Shown: positions 36,247-47,153, numbered from the stretch's first letter. The stretch: DNA of 52,754 nucleotides from Bacillota bacterium (GCA_012518645.1 JAAYRS010000107.1:1-52754); one strand, 5' to 3'. Notes: a model not told the origin generated them from the letters alone. Numbers and translations: made by a program.

Positions 36247-37533
36247 TTATGTTATTTCCCTAACTACAACCCGGCTTCCTTCTGTAGAAACCACTTCTAC
36301 CAACGAATTAGCATCAATAAATTCCCCTTCGGAAACCACATTAAAGCGCTGTTCACCGATAACCACGGTTCCCGCCGGCCGCAAAGGGGTTAAAGCGGTG
36401 CCCTGTTGACCCAAGAGCATGGAGAAATCCGGGGGACCTTGGTATCCTTCCTGTTTAGATTCGCTTTGGGATAAAATCAACCTCTGCCAAAACTTGGTTT
36501 TGGCAATCCTTTTCCCTAAAAAAATCAAAGCAAGAGTACTAACAAGTAGAGCAACAGACAAGCTTATAAAGGCAGCCTGGAGATTTCCAAAAACCAGAAC
36601 TATACTGGATACTACAGCCAAAATACCAAGGATGCCCACCAGCCCAAAACCGGGAATGACAAAAACCTCTATGGCCAACAGTAAAATCCCCACAATAAAA
36701 AGGCCGATTTCTTCAAAACCGGCTAAACCCGCAATATAGCGTCCTCCAAAAAATAATGACAAAGCAAGCAAACCCCCTGTCCCCGGCACACCCCATCCAG
36801 GCGTTGTAATTTCCACAATCAATCCCAAAAAGCCTAGTGTTAAAAGGAGGGAACTGACGGTTGATGTCGTCAGAAAGCGGGCAATCTTTTCAGCCCAATG
36901 CGGAGTTAAATGGATTATTTCAAAATCTTCATAGCCAAAGGCGGCTAAAACCTCCCAACGATCCAAGCCGATAACGTCAGCAAAACCCCACTCCAAGGCA
37001 TCTTCCACGGATAAAGCCAGGATCTTGCCTTTTTCGATAAGACCTTCTATTTCGATATCCGCGTCCACCATTGCTGCTGCTATCCGCCCGTCCCTGCCGG
37101 CACGGCGGGCCGTGGCTTCAAATTCCGCCCGCAGGGCAGCAACGGTTTTCTCTTCCAAAGGCCGCGGTTCCGCACTGCCCACACTACTGCCGGGGGCCAT
37201 CGCCACCAAGGGAGCAGCGAGAGTAATCAGCGCCCCCGCCGACCAGGCCCGATCCGTAACATAGGCAATAACCGGTATCCTAGCCTGAATCAGAAGATCT
37301 TTGATTTCCGTGGCCGCATCCACCCTGCCGCCGAAAGTATTAATTTCCATTAATAAAATGCCGTTATCTTTTTCCGCCAAGGCCAAACCCCTGGCCACAA
37401 AATTTGCCAGGCCGGGCTCTATTTCCCCCTGAATGGGCAAAGAATAAACTGAAGTTACGGCAGATATTTTGCTCGTTCCCAGACTGAGAAGGAGCACAAA
37501 AAAAAGTAAGACGAGCACATTCCTCCGCTTCAT
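36247..37533 (-). CDS. nfeD: NfeD-family membrane protease-like protein (YqeZ)
   Basis: ClpP-like N-domain, a multi-TM middle section and a C-terminal NfeD OB domain. The start is the ATG at 37533, because the ORF-track start at 37551 lies in the rpsU terminator T-tract. Confidence 0.8.
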   Translation of the reverse strand: MKRRNVLVLLFFVLLLSLGTSKISAVTSVYSLPIQGEIEPGLANFVARGLALAEKDNGILLMEINTFGGRVDAATEIKDLLIQARIPVIAYVTDRAWSAGALITLAAPLVAMAPGSSVGSAEPRPLEEKTVAALRAEFEATARRAGRDGRIAAAMVDADIEIEGLIEKGKILALSVEDALEWGFADVIGLDRWEVLAAFGYEDFEIIHLTPHWAEKIARFLTTSTVSSLLLTLGFLGLIVEITTPGWGVPGTGGLLALSLFFGGRYIAGLAGFEEIGLFIVGILLLAIEVFVIPGFGLVGILGILAVVSSIVLVFGNLQAAFISLSVALLVSTLALIFLGKRIAKTKFWQRLILSQSESKQEGYQGPPDFSMLLGQQGTALTPLRPAGTVVIGEQRFNVVSEGEFIDANSLVEVVSTEGSRVVVREIT

Positions 37534-37549
37534 ATTTTCACCCGCTTTC

Positions 37550-37582
37550 AAAAAGAGCTCGACATCCTATGACGTCGAGCCC
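37550..37582 (-). terminator. Rho-independent terminator after rpsU
   Basis: Minus strand reads GGGCTCGAC, a 10-nt loop, then GTCGAGCTC (9 bp with one G-U), followed by TTTTT. Confidence 0.65.
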
Positions 37583-37591
37583 AACAATGGT

Positions 37592-37768
37592 TTACCGGTA
37601 TCTCCTTTTCCGGGCCGCTTCGGATTTTCTCTTCCGCCTAACACTGGGTTTCACGTAATGCTCCCGCTTTCTGGCCTCGGACAAAACACCCGACATCCGG
37701 ATTTTCCTCTTAAAACGGCGCAGAGCATTATCGAGGGACTCATTTTTACCTACTTTGATTTCTGCCAT
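37592..37768 (-). CDS. rpsU: 30S ribosomal protein S21
   Basis: 58 aa, [22 protein letters not shown]..., the canonical S21 sequence. The ATG at 37768 follows GGAAGGAGGG. The 10 upstream codons in the ORF track are 5'UTR. Confidence 0.95.
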   Translation of the reverse strand: MAEIKVGKNESLDNALRRFKRKIRMSGVLSEARKREHYVKPSVRRKRKSEAARKRRYR

Positions 37769-37810
37769 CAGTATCCCTCCTTCCAACGCCAACTGCATAA
37801 TATCACATTA

Positions 37811-37839
37811 ATTATAATCTATTCTAAACTTCTGGTCAA
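37811..37839 (-). promoter_or_regulatory. Near-consensus SigA promoter for rpsU
   Basis: Minus strand reads TTGACC (37839..37834), a 17-nt spacer, then TATAAT (37816..37811). Confidence 0.6.
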
Positions 37840-37842
37840 TCT

Positions 37843-38187
37843 TTAACCGGGGGGCCAGCGCAAAGAACGGCCGCCTAGAAGATGAAAATGAAGATGCCCG
37901 ACGCTTTGGCCTCCGTGCGTCCCGGTGTTAACTACCACCCGAAAGCCCTGCTTCAAGCCCTTTTTTTCAGCAAGATCCCTTAAAGCCAATAATATTTCCC
38001 CTAAAATACCCTGTTCCCCGTCCTCCACATGCGCCAAGCTGGGAATATGCTTTTTTGGAACAACGAGAATATGGGTCGGCGCTTCAGGGTTAATATCATT
38101 AAAGGCCACCAGGTTTTCCGTTTCTAAAAGTAGTTCCGTGGGGATTTCACCCCGCGCAATTTTACAAAAAAGACAATCAGGGACCAC
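37843..38187 (-). CDS. HIT-family nucleotide hydrolase (Hint-like)
   Basis: 114 aa with the histidine triad HLHFHLLGG and the N-terminal CLFCKI motif. GTG start follows GGAG. Confidence 0.9.
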   Translation of the reverse strand: MVPDCLFCKIARGEIPTELLLETENLVAFNDINPEAPTHILVVPKKHIPSLAHVEDGEQGILGEILLALRDLAEKKGLKQGFRVVVNTGTHGGQSVGHLHFHLLGGRSLRWPPG

Positions 38188-38200
38188 CCAACCACTCCTC

Positions 38201-39511
38201 TCACTTTACGGCCCGGCCTAGAGCACCCCCGCTATCCACCTCGGTTATTTTCACCGGCACCGTTTTTCCAAGCAGATCAAGGCCCTTTTCAACAGGGAAT
38301 TTCACCCGAATATAATGATCGGTTAAACCTACGGCAAAATCCCTATCTGCTTCTTCAACCAAGACCTGGACAGTGCGATCAAGAAAAGAGAGATGAAATT
38401 TATAAGCCAAGTCCTTACTTACTTCTATTAAACAACTGCTCCGGTTTTCCTTCTCGGCAGCCGGGACCTGCTCCTTAAACCTGGCAGCAGCCGTGCCCCT
38501 GCGGCGGGAATAACGAAAAACGTGGACCCGGCTAAAACCTGCTGCTTTAACTAATTCCACCGTTTCGGCGAAATCGCGCTCCGTCTCCCCGGGAAAACCA
38601 ACCATCACGTCTGTAGTAATTGCGCCTTGTGGTATTAAAGAGCGAAACTGATGGACTATGTCCAGAAAATCCTGCCTGGAATAATTCCGCTTCATTGATT
38701 TCAAAATACGATCGCTCCCGCTTTGCAGGGGGATATGCAGATGACGGCAGACAGTGGAGTGGCCGGCAATTAGGTTAAGAAGCCCAGCTGTGATTTCGTG
38801 GGGATCAACAGAGCTAATGCGCAGGCGGGCCAGCCCCGGAAGATCAGCTAAGCTGCGGCTGATTTCTTCCAGATTAGAAACAGGAATTAAATCCTTGCCA
38901 AAAAGGCCCAAATTTATGCCTGTTAAAACTATCTCCGAAAAGCCGGCGGCTACCAGTTCCCGCGCCTGCTCCACAATACTCTGGAAAGGACGGCTGCGGG
39001 AATAACCGCGGGCAAAAGGTACCCGGCAATAAGTGCAAAATTGATCGCAACCATCTTGGATTTTTAAAGTAGCTCTTGTTCTTCCGGAAAAATCTAAGGC
39101 CGGCAGATCCTCGAAATCCCTAACTTTAAAAATATCATCCACTAAAGAAATCTGAGCCCCGTTTCTTAAAGCCTCCACCTGCTCCGCAACCCGTCCCCTT
39201 TGATCCGTACCTACAATCAGGTTAACTCCGGCAATGGCGGCGGTCTCTCCGGGAGCAATCTGGCTTAAACAGCCCATAACCACAATTTTGGCATTTGGAT
39301 TCCTCTTTTGGGCCCTGCGGATCATCTGACGGGATTTACGATCGGCCGCATTAGTCACCGTACAGGTGTTGATCACATAGACATCAGCTTTGGCCCCAAA
39401 CTCCACCTGCCGGTAGCCCCTTTCCAGAAATTGGGTCAGGACAGCGTCAGTATCATATTGGTTGACCTTGCATCCCAGGGTACTGAAAGCCACGGTTTTT
39501 CCTTTGTTCAT
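38201..39511 (-). CDS. mtaB: tRNA (N6-threonylcarbamoyladenosine-37) methylthiotransferase MtaB
   Basis: N-terminal MTTase cysteines (GCKVN...NTC...GC), a radical SAM motif CDQFCTYC and a TRAM-like C-terminus. The ATG at 39511 overlaps the rsmE TGA (ATGA). Confidence 0.85.
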   Translation of the reverse strand: MNKGKTVAFSTLGCKVNQYDTDAVLTQFLERGYRQVEFGAKADVYVINTCTVTNAADRKSRQMIRRAQKRNPNAKIVVMGCLSQIAPGETAAIAGVNLIVGTDQRGRVAEQVEALRNGAQISLVDDIFKVRDFEDLPALDFSGRTRATLKIQDGCDQFCTYCRVPFARGYSRSRPFQSIVEQARELVAAGFSEIVLTGINLGLFGKDLIPVSNLEEISRSLADLPGLARLRISSVDPHEITAGLLNLIAGHSTVCRHLHIPLQSGSDRILKSMKRNYSRQDFLDIVHQFRSLIPQGAITTDVMVGFPGETERDFAETVELVKAAGFSRVHVFRYSRRRGTAAARFKEQVPAAEKENRSSCLIEVSKDLAYKFHLSFLDRTVQVLVEEADRDFAVGLTDHYIRVKFPVEKGLDLLGKTVPVKITEVDSGGALGRAVK

Positions 39512-40254
39512 CCTAGATCTCCCCATTTATAACCCAGCAGGCTTAAAGCAACTAAGCCGGCTGTTTCTGTTCTTAAAACCCGGGGCCCCAGACTGACGGG
39601 CAGTGCCCCTTTTTCACTTAATGCTTCTATTTCTTCCCGGTGGAACCCCCCTTCGGGGCCAATTAAAACCGCTGCTGATTGCGGCGGTTGCGAAGGTAAG
39701 TCCCCAATGCCCTTTTCCGTCTCTCCTTCGTAAGGAACCAGCACCAGATCCCCTTGGCCGGAGCGCTGTTCAACATTAGCCAAAACCTGAGGAAACGTCT
39801 GGGTTTCCCCAACTTGGGGAAGATACGTTCTCTCGCATTGTTGCGCTGCAGCTTTAGCGATTCGATTCCAACGCCGCCGGCGCATTTTTTCCTGGCTTGG
39901 CTTAAGCTGGACAACCGTGTACCGGGAAACATAGGGTATAATTTCCCTTACCCCTAATTCCACGGCCTTTTGGACAACAAAATCCATTTTGTCCCCTTTA
40001 GCCAAGCTCTGCCAAAGTGTTAACTGCAGGGGGGATTCTTGATCTGTCTTAACGGTCCGTAAAATTTTACCGGCGACCTCTTCCTTTTTAACGCCGGTAA
40101 TCTCCACAAAATGAACTAGACCTACCTCCCAAACACATTCAATCACATTCCCCTCCCGCAGGCGTAAAACTCTACTGATATGATGGGCATCTTCCCCACT
40201 AATCAGGACTTCATCCTTATCCACCTGGTCTTTTTGCAGAAAGAATCTGGCCAT
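39508..40254 (-). CDS. rsmE: 16S rRNA (uracil1498-N3)-methyltransferase RsmE
   Basis: PUA-like N-terminus (MARFFL...HHISRVLRLREG) and the SPOUT C-terminal motif GPEGGF...E. The ATG at 40254 follows AAGGGTGG. Confidence 0.85.
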   Translation of the reverse strand: MARFFLQKDQVDKDEVLISGEDAHHISRVLRLREGNVIECVWEVGLVHFVEITGVKKEEVAGKILRTVKTDQESPLQLTLWQSLAKGDKMDFVVQKAVELGVREIIPYVSRYTVVQLKPSQEKMRRRRWNRIAKAAAQQCERTYLPQVGETQTFPQVLANVEQRSGQGDLVLVPYEGETEKGIGDLPSQPPQSAAVLIGPEGGFHREEIEALSEKGALPVSLGPRVLRTETAGLVALSLLGYKWGDLG

Positions 40255-40255
40255 T

Positions 40256-41176
40256 TTAACCACCCTTCTGAAATAGATACCCAACCCACTCTTTGTGCTT
40301 TGCTGCTTGCCTTAATTTTAACCCAGTTTGCTCCGCCGGGGCCAAAACTTCTCCGGCGCGGGATTCGATGATTCCGGCGGCAATAAAAAACCCCGCCGCC
40401 TGGAGACGTTTTTGAACCAGTGGAATTAGGGGAATAATAACGTCCGCCACAATATTAGCTACAATTAAATCAGCAGTTCCCTTCAAATTTTCTAAACTGC
40501 CCTCCCGGACAGAAAAGTTTAATCCGTTAAAGTCGCGGTTCCCTCGAGCAGCATCAACCGCGATGGGGTCCAAGTCCACTGCTTGCACTTCAGCGCCTAG
40601 CTTTTCGGCAACTAAAGCCAATATTCCGGAACCAGTGCCTACATCCCAGACTGTTTTACCTTCCAATTCCAAATCTTGCAGGAAATTGATGCACATCGCG
40701 GTTGTAGGATGGGTGCCGCTTCCGAAAGCCCTGCCCGGATCTAAATAGATCACCAAATCACGGGCTTGTAAAGGTTCCGTAATCTCCAGCCATGTAGGCT
40801 GAATAACCACTCTACCGAGACGTTGGGGACGATAGTGGGCTTTCCAAGCTTCGCTCCAATTTTCTTCTTCGATATAACCTGTGGAAAGGTAGACAGGGCC
40901 CGGATCTAAACCAAAGTGAGAAAGGGATAAAATTTTGTTTTCGATCTTTAATAGCTTTTCCGGTGAAAAATCTGCTTGTAAATAAAATACCAGTGTCACT
41001 AGATCTGAAGAGGGCGTGTCCGGAAAATAATCGCCCCAGCCTAATTTTCGTGCCTGCTCCATCAATGATGAATCTTCTACCATCAGCTCTTTAATCCCCA
41101 TCTGCCCCAAGACAGCATAAGCCGCCTCCAGCGCTTCGCTATTTAGGGTTAGTTTTACTTCTAACCACTTGGCCAT
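40256..41176 (-). CDS. prmA: Ribosomal protein L11 methyltransferase
   Basis: 306 aa with the SAM-binding motif DVGTGSGILA and the PrmA signature FGSGTHPTT. Confidence 0.9.
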   Translation of the reverse strand: MAKWLEVKLTLNSEALEAAYAVLGQMGIKELMVEDSSLMEQARKLGWGDYFPDTPSSDLVTLVFYLQADFSPEKLLKIENKILSLSHFGLDPGPVYLSTGYIEEENWSEAWKAHYRPQRLGRVVIQPTWLEITEPLQARDLVIYLDPGRAFGSGTHPTTAMCINFLQDLELEGKTVWDVGTGSGILALVAEKLGAEVQAVDLDPIAVDAARGNRDFNGLNFSVREGSLENLKGTADLIVANIVADVIIPLIPLVQKRLQAAGFFIAAGIIESRAGEVLAPAEQTGLKLRQAAKHKEWVGYLFQKGG

Positions 41177-41234
41177 AACATTTGCCCCCTTTAAAGCCGA
41201 AGGCTGCCCTATTTAGACAGCACTTCATTTCGCG

Positions 41235-42362
41235 TTAGCGCCAAGCATCTTTAACCCGCTCGAAAAAGCCTTTGCTTTCTTCCGGGACAGAGCCCCGGCC
41301 TTCCTTAGCAAACTGGCGTAATAGTTCTTTTTGTTTAGCATTTAACTTGACCGGCGTAACCACTTTGATCCTAACCAATTGATCCCCCCGCCCATATCCC
41401 CGCAGGTCCTGAATACCCTTATTTCTTAAACGAAGCACCTTTCCTCCTTGGGTACCTTCGGGAATCCTCAGTTTAACCTTGCCATCAAGGGTAGATACTT
41501 CAATTTCATCACCCAAAGCCGCCTGTACAAAGGAAATAGGTACCTCACAAACAACATTGCGCCCCTCCCGCTTAAAGAATTTATGGGGCCGGACCCTGAT
41601 CGCGACCAATAAATCCCCCGGAGGGCCGCCTTGAACCCCCGCATCGCCCCTGCCTCCCAGCCTAAGGACTTGGCCGTCATCAATGCCCGCCGGTATTTTA
41701 ACTTTAATTGTCCTAGTTTCCCGGACTATCCCGGAACCCCCGCATACGGAACAGGCTTTTTCGAAAATTTTGCCTTCCCCGCTGCAGCGGCTGCAAGTCC
41801 TGGTAGAAGCGAACTGCCCCAGGGGGGTTTGCTGCACAAAACGGACCTGCCCCGTCCCGTTACAATCCGGGCAGGTAGTCAAAGGAGTCCCCGGCTCGGC
41901 CCTATTGCCATGGCAGTGGGAACAAGTTTCGGTGCGGGGGACTTTAATTTCTGTTTCTAAGCCAAAAGCGGCCTCTTTAAAGTCTATAGTCAATTCAAAG
42001 CGCAAGTCCGCTCCCCGGCGAGGGCGGTTAGCCCGGCGGCCCCCAAGGCCGCCTCCAAAGAACATATCGGCGAAAATATCACCAAGATCTTCAAAGCCGC
42101 CAAAGCCGCCGAAATCACCGAAGCCGCCCGCCCCGGTATTTTCAAAGGCCGCATGCCCTCCCCGATCATATAATTCTCTTCTTTCGGCATCGCCTAAAAC
42201 GGCGTAAGCCTCGTTGACTGTTTTAAACCTTTCTTCTGCATCCGGTTCTTTATTTACATCCGGATGAAGCTCCCGCGCTAATTTACGGTAAGCCTTTTTA
42301 ATTTCATCCTCAGAAGCATCTCTAGATACTCCCAAGACATCGTAGTAATCCTGCTTGGCCAA
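41235..42362 (-). CDS. dnaJ: Molecular chaperone DnaJ
   Basis: J domain (DYYDVLGV...HPD), a G/F region and four CxxCxGxG zinc-finger repeats. TTG start lies 6 nt after GGTG. Confidence 0.95.
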   Translation of the reverse strand: MAKQDYYDVLGVSRDASEDEIKKAYRKLARELHPDVNKEPDAEERFKTVNEAYAVLGDAERRELYDRGGHAAFENTGAGGFGDFGGFGGFEDLGDIFADMFFGGGLGGRRANRPRRGADLRFELTIDFKEAAFGLETEIKVPRTETCSHCHGNRAEPGTPLTTCPDCNGTGQVRFVQQTPLGQFASTRTCSRCSGEGKIFEKACSVCGGSGIVRETRTIKVKIPAGIDDGQVLRLGGRGDAGVQGGPPGDLLVAIRVRPHKFFKREGRNVVCEVPISFVQAALGDEIEVSTLDGKVKLRIPEGTQGGKVLRLRNKGIQDLRGYGRGDQLVRIKVVTPVKLNAKQKELLRQFAKEGRGSVPEESKGFFERVKDAWR

Positions 42363-42391
42363 GCATTACACCTGCCTTCTCTTCAGCCGAT

Positions 42392-44221
42392 TTACGATTC
42401 TTCGGTGAAATCGGCGTCCACAATATCCTCATTTTGCTCAGAACCGCCTGTTTGGGCCCCACCTTGCGCGGTGGCCTCTTGCGTTTGCTGATAGAGCTTT
42501 TCCGAAATCCGATGCAGTACCTCATCCAGTGCTTTCATTTTTGCCTTGATTTCTTCTTGATCATCTTTTTCCATGGCCTCTTTTAAACTTTTCTTTGCCG
42601 TTTCCACTTCGGATTTTTGCTCCTCGGTAACTTTGTCCCCCAATTCCTGCAGGGTCCGATCTACCGCCCAAAGGGCATTATCGGCTTGGTTGCGCAGTTC
42701 AATCGCATCCCTCTTGGCCTTATCTTCCTCAGCATGCTCTTCTGCTTCCTTGACCAGTTTATCGATGTCTTCTTTGGTCAAAGCGGTGGAAGAAGTAACC
42801 GTTATTGTTTGCTCGCGGCCTGTCCCTAAGTCTTTAGCACCCACGTTGACAATTCCGTTGCGATCAATGTCAAAGGTAACTTCTATTTGGGGAACACCGC
42901 GCGGTGCAGGGGGGATCCCGGTCAGCTGAAACCTTCCCAGGGTGACGTTGTCTGCGGCCATTGGGCGCTCGCCTTGGAGAACATGGATATCCACTGCAGG
43001 CTGATTATTAGCAGCGGTTGTAAATGTTTGAGTTTGCTTGCAGGGAATGCTGGTGTTTCGTTTAATAAGTGTGGTCATAACCCCTCCCAGGGTTTCAATG
43101 CCTAGGGAGAGGGGGGTTACATCTACCAAGACCAGGCCTTTACCTTCATCAAATTCTCCCGATAAAACACCGGCTTGAACCGCAGCCCCCATAGCAACGC
43201 ATTCATCCGGGTTAATCCCCTTATAAGATTCTTTGCCCATCAGTTTTTGGATAGCCTCCTGGATAGCGGGAATCCGGGTTGAGCCCCCTACCAAAAGAAC
43301 CCGATCCACTTGGGATGGTTTCAGATCCGCGTCTTGAAGAGATTGGCGAATCGGATCCAGGGTTTTCTCCACCAAATCTACTGTTAATTCGTTAAATTTA
43401 GCCCTGCTCAGGTTAATATCCAGATGGACCGGACCACTAGCCGATGCGCTGATAAAGGGTAAGTTGATGTTGGCCTGAGGCAGGCCTGATAATTCGATTT
43501 TAGCCTTTTCGGCAGCTTCTCTTAGACGCTGCATGGCTGTTTTATCCGAACTTAGATCAATACCTGTTTCTTTTTTAAATTCAGAAACAAGATAGTTTGT
43601 CACCCGCTCATCAAAGTCATCGCCGCTCAAACGGTTATTGCCGCTGGTAGCTTTGACCCCGATATAACCTTCATCTAATTCCAAAATGGAGACATCGAAA
43701 GTTCCGCCGCCTAGATCAAAAACGAGAACAGTCTGTTCGTGTTCTTTATCTAAGCCGTACGCTACCGCTGCAGCAGTGGGCTCGTTAATAATCCGCAGGA
43801 CTTCTAAACCGGCAATAGCCCCGGCATCTTTAGTTGCTTGCCGCTGTGCGTCCGTAAAATAGGCCGGTACAGTAATTACCGCCTGGGATACGCTCTCCCC
43901 AAGATAGCTTTCCGCTTCCTCTTTTAACTTGCGCAATATTAAAGCCGAGATTTCTTGCGGGGTTAGATTCCTTCCATCAATCTTTACCGCGTAGTCTGTC
44001 CCCATCCGGCGCTTGATTGAGGTGATGGTCCGCTCCGGATTAGTAACAGCCTGCCTTTTAGCAATCTGGCCCACAATTCGTTCGCCATCTTTAGTAAAAG
44101 CCACGACCGACGGAGTTGTGCGGGACCCTTCTGCGTTAGGGATTATAACCGGTTCTCCGCCTTCCATTAACGCTACAACTGAATTTGTTGTTCCCAAATC
44201 AATTCCTATAACTTTTGACAT
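42392..44221 (-). CDS. dnaK: Molecular chaperone DnaK (Hsp70)
   Basis: 609 aa with the Hsp70 signatures [10 protein letters not shown] and DLGGGTFD. Confidence 0.97.
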   Translation of the reverse strand: MSKVIGIDLGTTNSVVALMEGGEPVIIPNAEGSRTTPSVVAFTKDGERIVGQIAKRQAVTNPERTITSIKRRMGTDYAVKIDGRNLTPQEISALILRKLKEEAESYLGESVSQAVITVPAYFTDAQRQATKDAGAIAGLEVLRIINEPTAAAVAYGLDKEHEQTVLVFDLGGGTFDVSILELDEGYIGVKATSGNNRLSGDDFDERVTNYLVSEFKKETGIDLSSDKTAMQRLREAAEKAKIELSGLPQANINLPFISASASGPVHLDINLSRAKFNELTVDLVEKTLDPIRQSLQDADLKPSQVDRVLLVGGSTRIPAIQEAIQKLMGKESYKGINPDECVAMGAAVQAGVLSGEFDEGKGLVLVDVTPLSLGIETLGGVMTTLIKRNTSIPCKQTQTFTTAANNQPAVDIHVLQGERPMAADNVTLGRFQLTGIPPAPRGVPQIEVTFDIDRNGIVNVGAKDLGTGREQTITVTSSTALTKEDIDKLVKEAEEHAEEDKAKRDAIELRNQADNALWAVDRTLQELGDKVTEEQKSEVETAKKSLKEAMEKDDQEEIKAKMKALDEVLHRISEKLYQQTQEATAQGGAQTGGSEQNEDIVDADFTEES

Positions 44222-44787
44222 TATTCTTCCTCCTCGCTCTGACCAACCAAAACTTTGGCGTGCCGAATCACTTTACCATTAAGTAAATATCCTGTTTGAG
44301 TTTCTTTTAACACTACTAGAGTGTCTCCTCCTTCGCCTGTCATGGAAACCGCCTCATGAAAATTGGGATCAAACGGTTCCCCTTCCGCCTTAATACTCTT
44401 AAGGCCATAAGTCCGCAGAACGCGCTCTAAACTTTGGTGAACCATTTGGACACCCTGATAAAACGGATCCTCCTCGGAACACGCTTCCGCTTGAGCGGAA
44501 AGCGCCCGCTGAAAGTCATCCAGAACAGGAAGAAGATCCTGTAAAAGATTCTCGTTGGCGCCCGAAACCAGGTCCTCCATTTGCCCCTTACTCCTTCGGC
44601 GAAAGTTTTCGAAATCCGCCTTCAAACGCAGAAGCTGATTTACCAGCTTGGCATTTTCTTTTTCTAGTTTTTCAGCGCAAGAACAAATTTCTTCCTTTTC
44701 CAGTACAGTTTCCTCTTCGTTTTGCGCCTGGTCTGTTTCAGATGTTACCTCTTTTACCTTTTCTGTTCCTAAATTTTTGTCTGACAC
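44221..44787 (-). CDS. grpE: Nucleotide exchange factor GrpE
   Basis: 188 aa with a coiled-coil N-terminus ([13 protein letters not shown]) and a GrpE beta-domain C-terminus. GTG start. Its stop overlaps the dnaK start by 1 nt. Confidence 0.9.
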   Translation of the reverse strand: MSDKNLGTEKVKEVTSETDQAQNEEETVLEKEEICSCAEKLEKENAKLVNQLLRLKADFENFRRRSKGQMEDLVSGANENLLQDLLPVLDDFQRALSAQAEACSEEDPFYQGVQMVHQSLERVLRTYGLKSIKAEGEPFDPNFHEAVSMTGEGGDTLVVLKETQTGYLLNGKVIRHAKVLVGQSEEEE

Positions 44788-44806
44788 ATCGGCACCCCCT
44801 CCTCAG

Positions 44807-44832
44807 AAAAATGGCCCTTGCTGGCAAGGGCC
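44807..44832 (-). terminator. Internal hairpin / partial terminator between hrcA and grpE
   Basis: Minus strand reads GGCCCTTGC-CA-GCAAGGGCC followed by ATTTTTC. It lies 20 nt upstream of the grpE SD. Confidence 0.5.
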
Positions 44833-44876
44833 GTCTTGTCAGAACACACTTAGTCAAATAAGAGCATAATTGCCTT

Positions 44877-45890
44877 TTATTCTGTCAACAAAGTACTTAA
44901 AGAGGCAGCCACTAACCCTACTGCCGAGACCACCCGGGAATACTGCATGCGAGTAGGGCCTATTGCCCCTAAGATCCCCACCACATCGCCGCCCACGTAA
45001 TAAGTGCAAGTAACCAAGCTGCATTCTTGCATAGCGTTGTGCTCATTTTCGTGGCCGATTACCACCTGGACGCCGCTGGTTTTAGAAGCCGCGTTAAGCA
45101 GGCGTAAAAGGTGATCTTTCTCTTCCAAAGTTTCCAACAGGGACTTTGCCCTTTCCGGATCCCGGAATTCCGGCTGGTTAAAAATATTCACGGTACCGGA
45201 AGAATAAACCTGTTCTTCTTTTTCTTCCATCAATCCCTGAAGGACCAGTTCCACTAAAATCCTTCCGATTTCACCAAAATCACGGGTTACTTCGGCAAAT
45301 ATTGTGGGGCCCAGATCCCGGTAAGTTGTGCCCTTAAGCCTCCGGCTGAGAGCAGTAGATATGTTTTGAACCTCTTCAGAGACAAGTTCCTCTTCCGTCC
45401 GAATCAATTTGTTTTTGACAATTCCGGCCTGAAGAACCAATGTAGCTAAGACACTATTCTTATCCAGGGTAACAAGATGTAAATGTTTAAACACCAAATC
45501 ATCTGTACTGGGTGCCACTACAACCGCAATCGATTGGGTTAACAGCGATACCAAGCGGGCGGCTTCGTAAATAGCCTTTTCCAGCCCATTATAAGCACTG
45601 TAGATATCTTTTTGTATTTGAATATATTCCCCGCGGGAAAACGGATGGGGCTCCATCAGCATATCAACGTAGAAGCGGTACCCCTTATCCGAGGGAATCC
45701 TCCCCGCGGAAACGTGGGGCTGTTGAAGGTAACCTGTTTCTTCCAGATCCGCCATTTCATTGCGGATAGTGGCTGAAGACACCCCTAAATTGTGTTTACG
45801 AGCGATAGTTCGGGAACCAACGGGTTCAGCCGTCTGTACATAATTTTCAATAATAGCCCTAAGGATCGACCGTTTCCGTTCATCCAACAT
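44877..45890 (-). CDS. hrcA: Heat-inducible transcription repressor HrcA
   Basis: 337 aa with an N-terminal wHTH (RKRSILRAIIENYVQTAEPVGSR) and a CIRCE operator just upstream. Confidence 0.9.
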   Translation of the reverse strand: MLDERKRSILRAIIENYVQTAEPVGSRTIARKHNLGVSSATIRNEMADLEETGYLQQPHVSAGRIPSDKGYRFYVDMLMEPHPFSRGEYIQIQKDIYSAYNGLEKAIYEAARLVSLLTQSIAVVVAPSTDDLVFKHLHLVTLDKNSVLATLVLQAGIVKNKLIRTEEELVSEEVQNISTALSRRLKGTTYRDLGPTIFAEVTRDFGEIGRILVELVLQGLMEEKEEQVYSSGTVNIFNQPEFRDPERAKSLLETLEEKDHLLRLLNAASKTSGVQVVIGHENEHNAMQECSLVTCTYYVGGDVVGILGAIGPTRMQYSRVVSAVGLVAASLSTLLTE

Positions 45891-45908
45891 GACCCGCCCG
45901 CCTCCTTT

Positions 45909-45935
45909 TTAGCACTCATCAAGGAGGAGTGCTAA
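45909..45935. promoter_or_regulatory. CIRCE operator (HrcA binding site)
   Basis: Perfect match to the consensus TTAGCACTC-N9-GAGTGCTAA, located between the promoter and the hrcA SD. Confidence 0.92.
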
Positions 45936-45949
45936 CACTATTTAACCAT

Positions 45950-45978
45950 AAAATATCACTTCAGCTCCCCTTTGTCAA
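45950..45978 (-). promoter_or_regulatory. SigA-type promoter of the hrcA-grpE-dnaK-dnaJ operon
   Basis: Minus strand reads TTGACA (45978..45973), a 17-nt spacer, then TATTTT (45955..45950), immediately upstream of CIRCE. Confidence 0.5.
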
Positions 45979-45996
45979 GGGGAAAACCCCTCCTCT

Positions 45997-47142
45997 TTAA
46001 ACACCGCGGAGAAAAGCAGCAGAGACCATATTTTCTAAATAAAGGCCCCTTTCGGTAACCCTTAAAAATCCATCTTTATATTCCAAGAGGCCCCTTTGGC
46101 TTAAATTTTCGATTTCGGCGGGGTAAACTTCCCAATAAGAAACACCGTAACGGCCTTTAAACTCTTCTTCCGCCACTCCGTCCAAGAGACGCATCCCCAT
46201 CATCATCGTTTCATCCATTTCCTGGTTTAAAGACACTTTTTCCCGTTGGGAAAAGATGGGTTTCCCTTGGAGCCAGCTCTGCCAATACTTATTTAAATCC
46301 GCTAAATTAGTGTAGCGGACCCTGTTTAAATATCCGGAGGCCCCGGCCCCCAAGCCCAAAAAGGAGCGGTTAGCCCAGTACAAAAGATTATGCTTGGCCC
46401 TATATCCCGGTAAGCAAAAGTTAGAGATTTCGTAATGCTCATAGCCGGCCTCTTTTAAACTTTGACGGGCCATGGTATACATCCGGGCTTGGAAGTCATC
46501 TGAAGGGAACTTCAGAAGCCCTAAATTGTGCCAATGGAAAAAAGGAGTGCCTTCTTCTAGGATTAAACCGTAACAAGAAATATGGGTGGGCCGAAGGGCA
46601 ACTGCTTTTTGCAGCGTTTCCTCCCATTCTTTTAGAGATTGCCGAGGCAGGCCAAAAATAAGATCTAGATTGAGGTTAGTAATCCCTGCGGCGCGGATGG
46701 CCTCCGCGGCCCGGAAAACATCCCCTGCCCGATGGGTTCTTCCTAGCGCCCGCAGCAAATGATCTTGAAACGCTTGGGCCCCAAGACTGATGCGATTAAC
46801 GCCGGCAGAGGCCAAAATTTCTACATCTGCCAGATCTAAGAGGGGGTTAGCTTCCACAGTAACCTCGATTTCTTTCTCAAAAGGCAAATTTTCGATTAAA
46901 AAAGAAACCAATTCCGAAAGATCAGCAGCGGGCAATAAAGTGGGGGTCCCGCCCCCGAAATAAAGGGTTTGAAACACATTCTCTTTTAATTTGGGCCTGT
47001 AAAAAACGGACTCCCTGCGCAAAGAAGAAAGATAGTTGCTAGCAACCAGCTGAAACTCCGTTTGGTTTCTAACAACTAGGGAATAGAAATCACAGTAATA
47101 GCATTTTTGGACGCAAAAAGGAATATGGACATAAACTCCCAT
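45997..47142 (-). CDS. hemW: Radical SAM heme chaperone HemW (HemN-like, YqeR position)
   Basis: 381 aa with HIPFCVQKCYYCDF and GGGTPT motifs. Conserved position between lepA and hrcA. Confidence 0.85.
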   Translation of the reverse strand: MGVYVHIPFCVQKCYYCDFYSLVVRNQTEFQLVASNYLSSLRRESVFYRPKLKENVFQTLYFGGGTPTLLPAADLSELVSFLIENLPFEKEIEVTVEANPLLDLADVEILASAGVNRISLGAQAFQDHLLRALGRTHRAGDVFRAAEAIRAAGITNLNLDLIFGLPRQSLKEWEETLQKAVALRPTHISCYGLILEEGTPFFHWHNLGLLKFPSDDFQARMYTMARQSLKEAGYEHYEISNFCLPGYRAKHNLLYWANRSFLGLGAGASGYLNRVRYTNLADLNKYWQSWLQGKPIFSQREKVSLNQEMDETMMMGMRLLDGVAEEEFKGRYGVSYWEVYPAEIENLSQRGLLEYKDGFLRVTERGLYLENMVSAAFLRGV

Positions 47143-47153
47143 TCGGCAACCAC

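Noticed and set aside
37769-37798. N-terminal extensions in the ORF track: rpsU +10 codons, hisS +6, nfeD +6, sigI +10, yajC +7, secD +12, phoH +36, mtaB +5, rsmE +10, thrC +2
   Set aside because: In each case the extension lacks an SD. It also runs into a predicted promoter, terminator or the upstream gene. An internal start with a well-spaced SD reproduces the canonical N-terminus of the family.
41683-42207. 174-aa plus-strand ORF (with the overlapping 41631..41960 and minus-strand alternate-frame ORFs) inside dnaJ
   Set aside because: It lies entirely antisense to the Gly/Phe- and Cys-rich part of dnaJ. The product is low-complexity and rich in Pro, Lys and Ser ([32 protein letters not shown]), with no SD. 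This is a typical shadow ORF of a GC-rich repetitive coding region.
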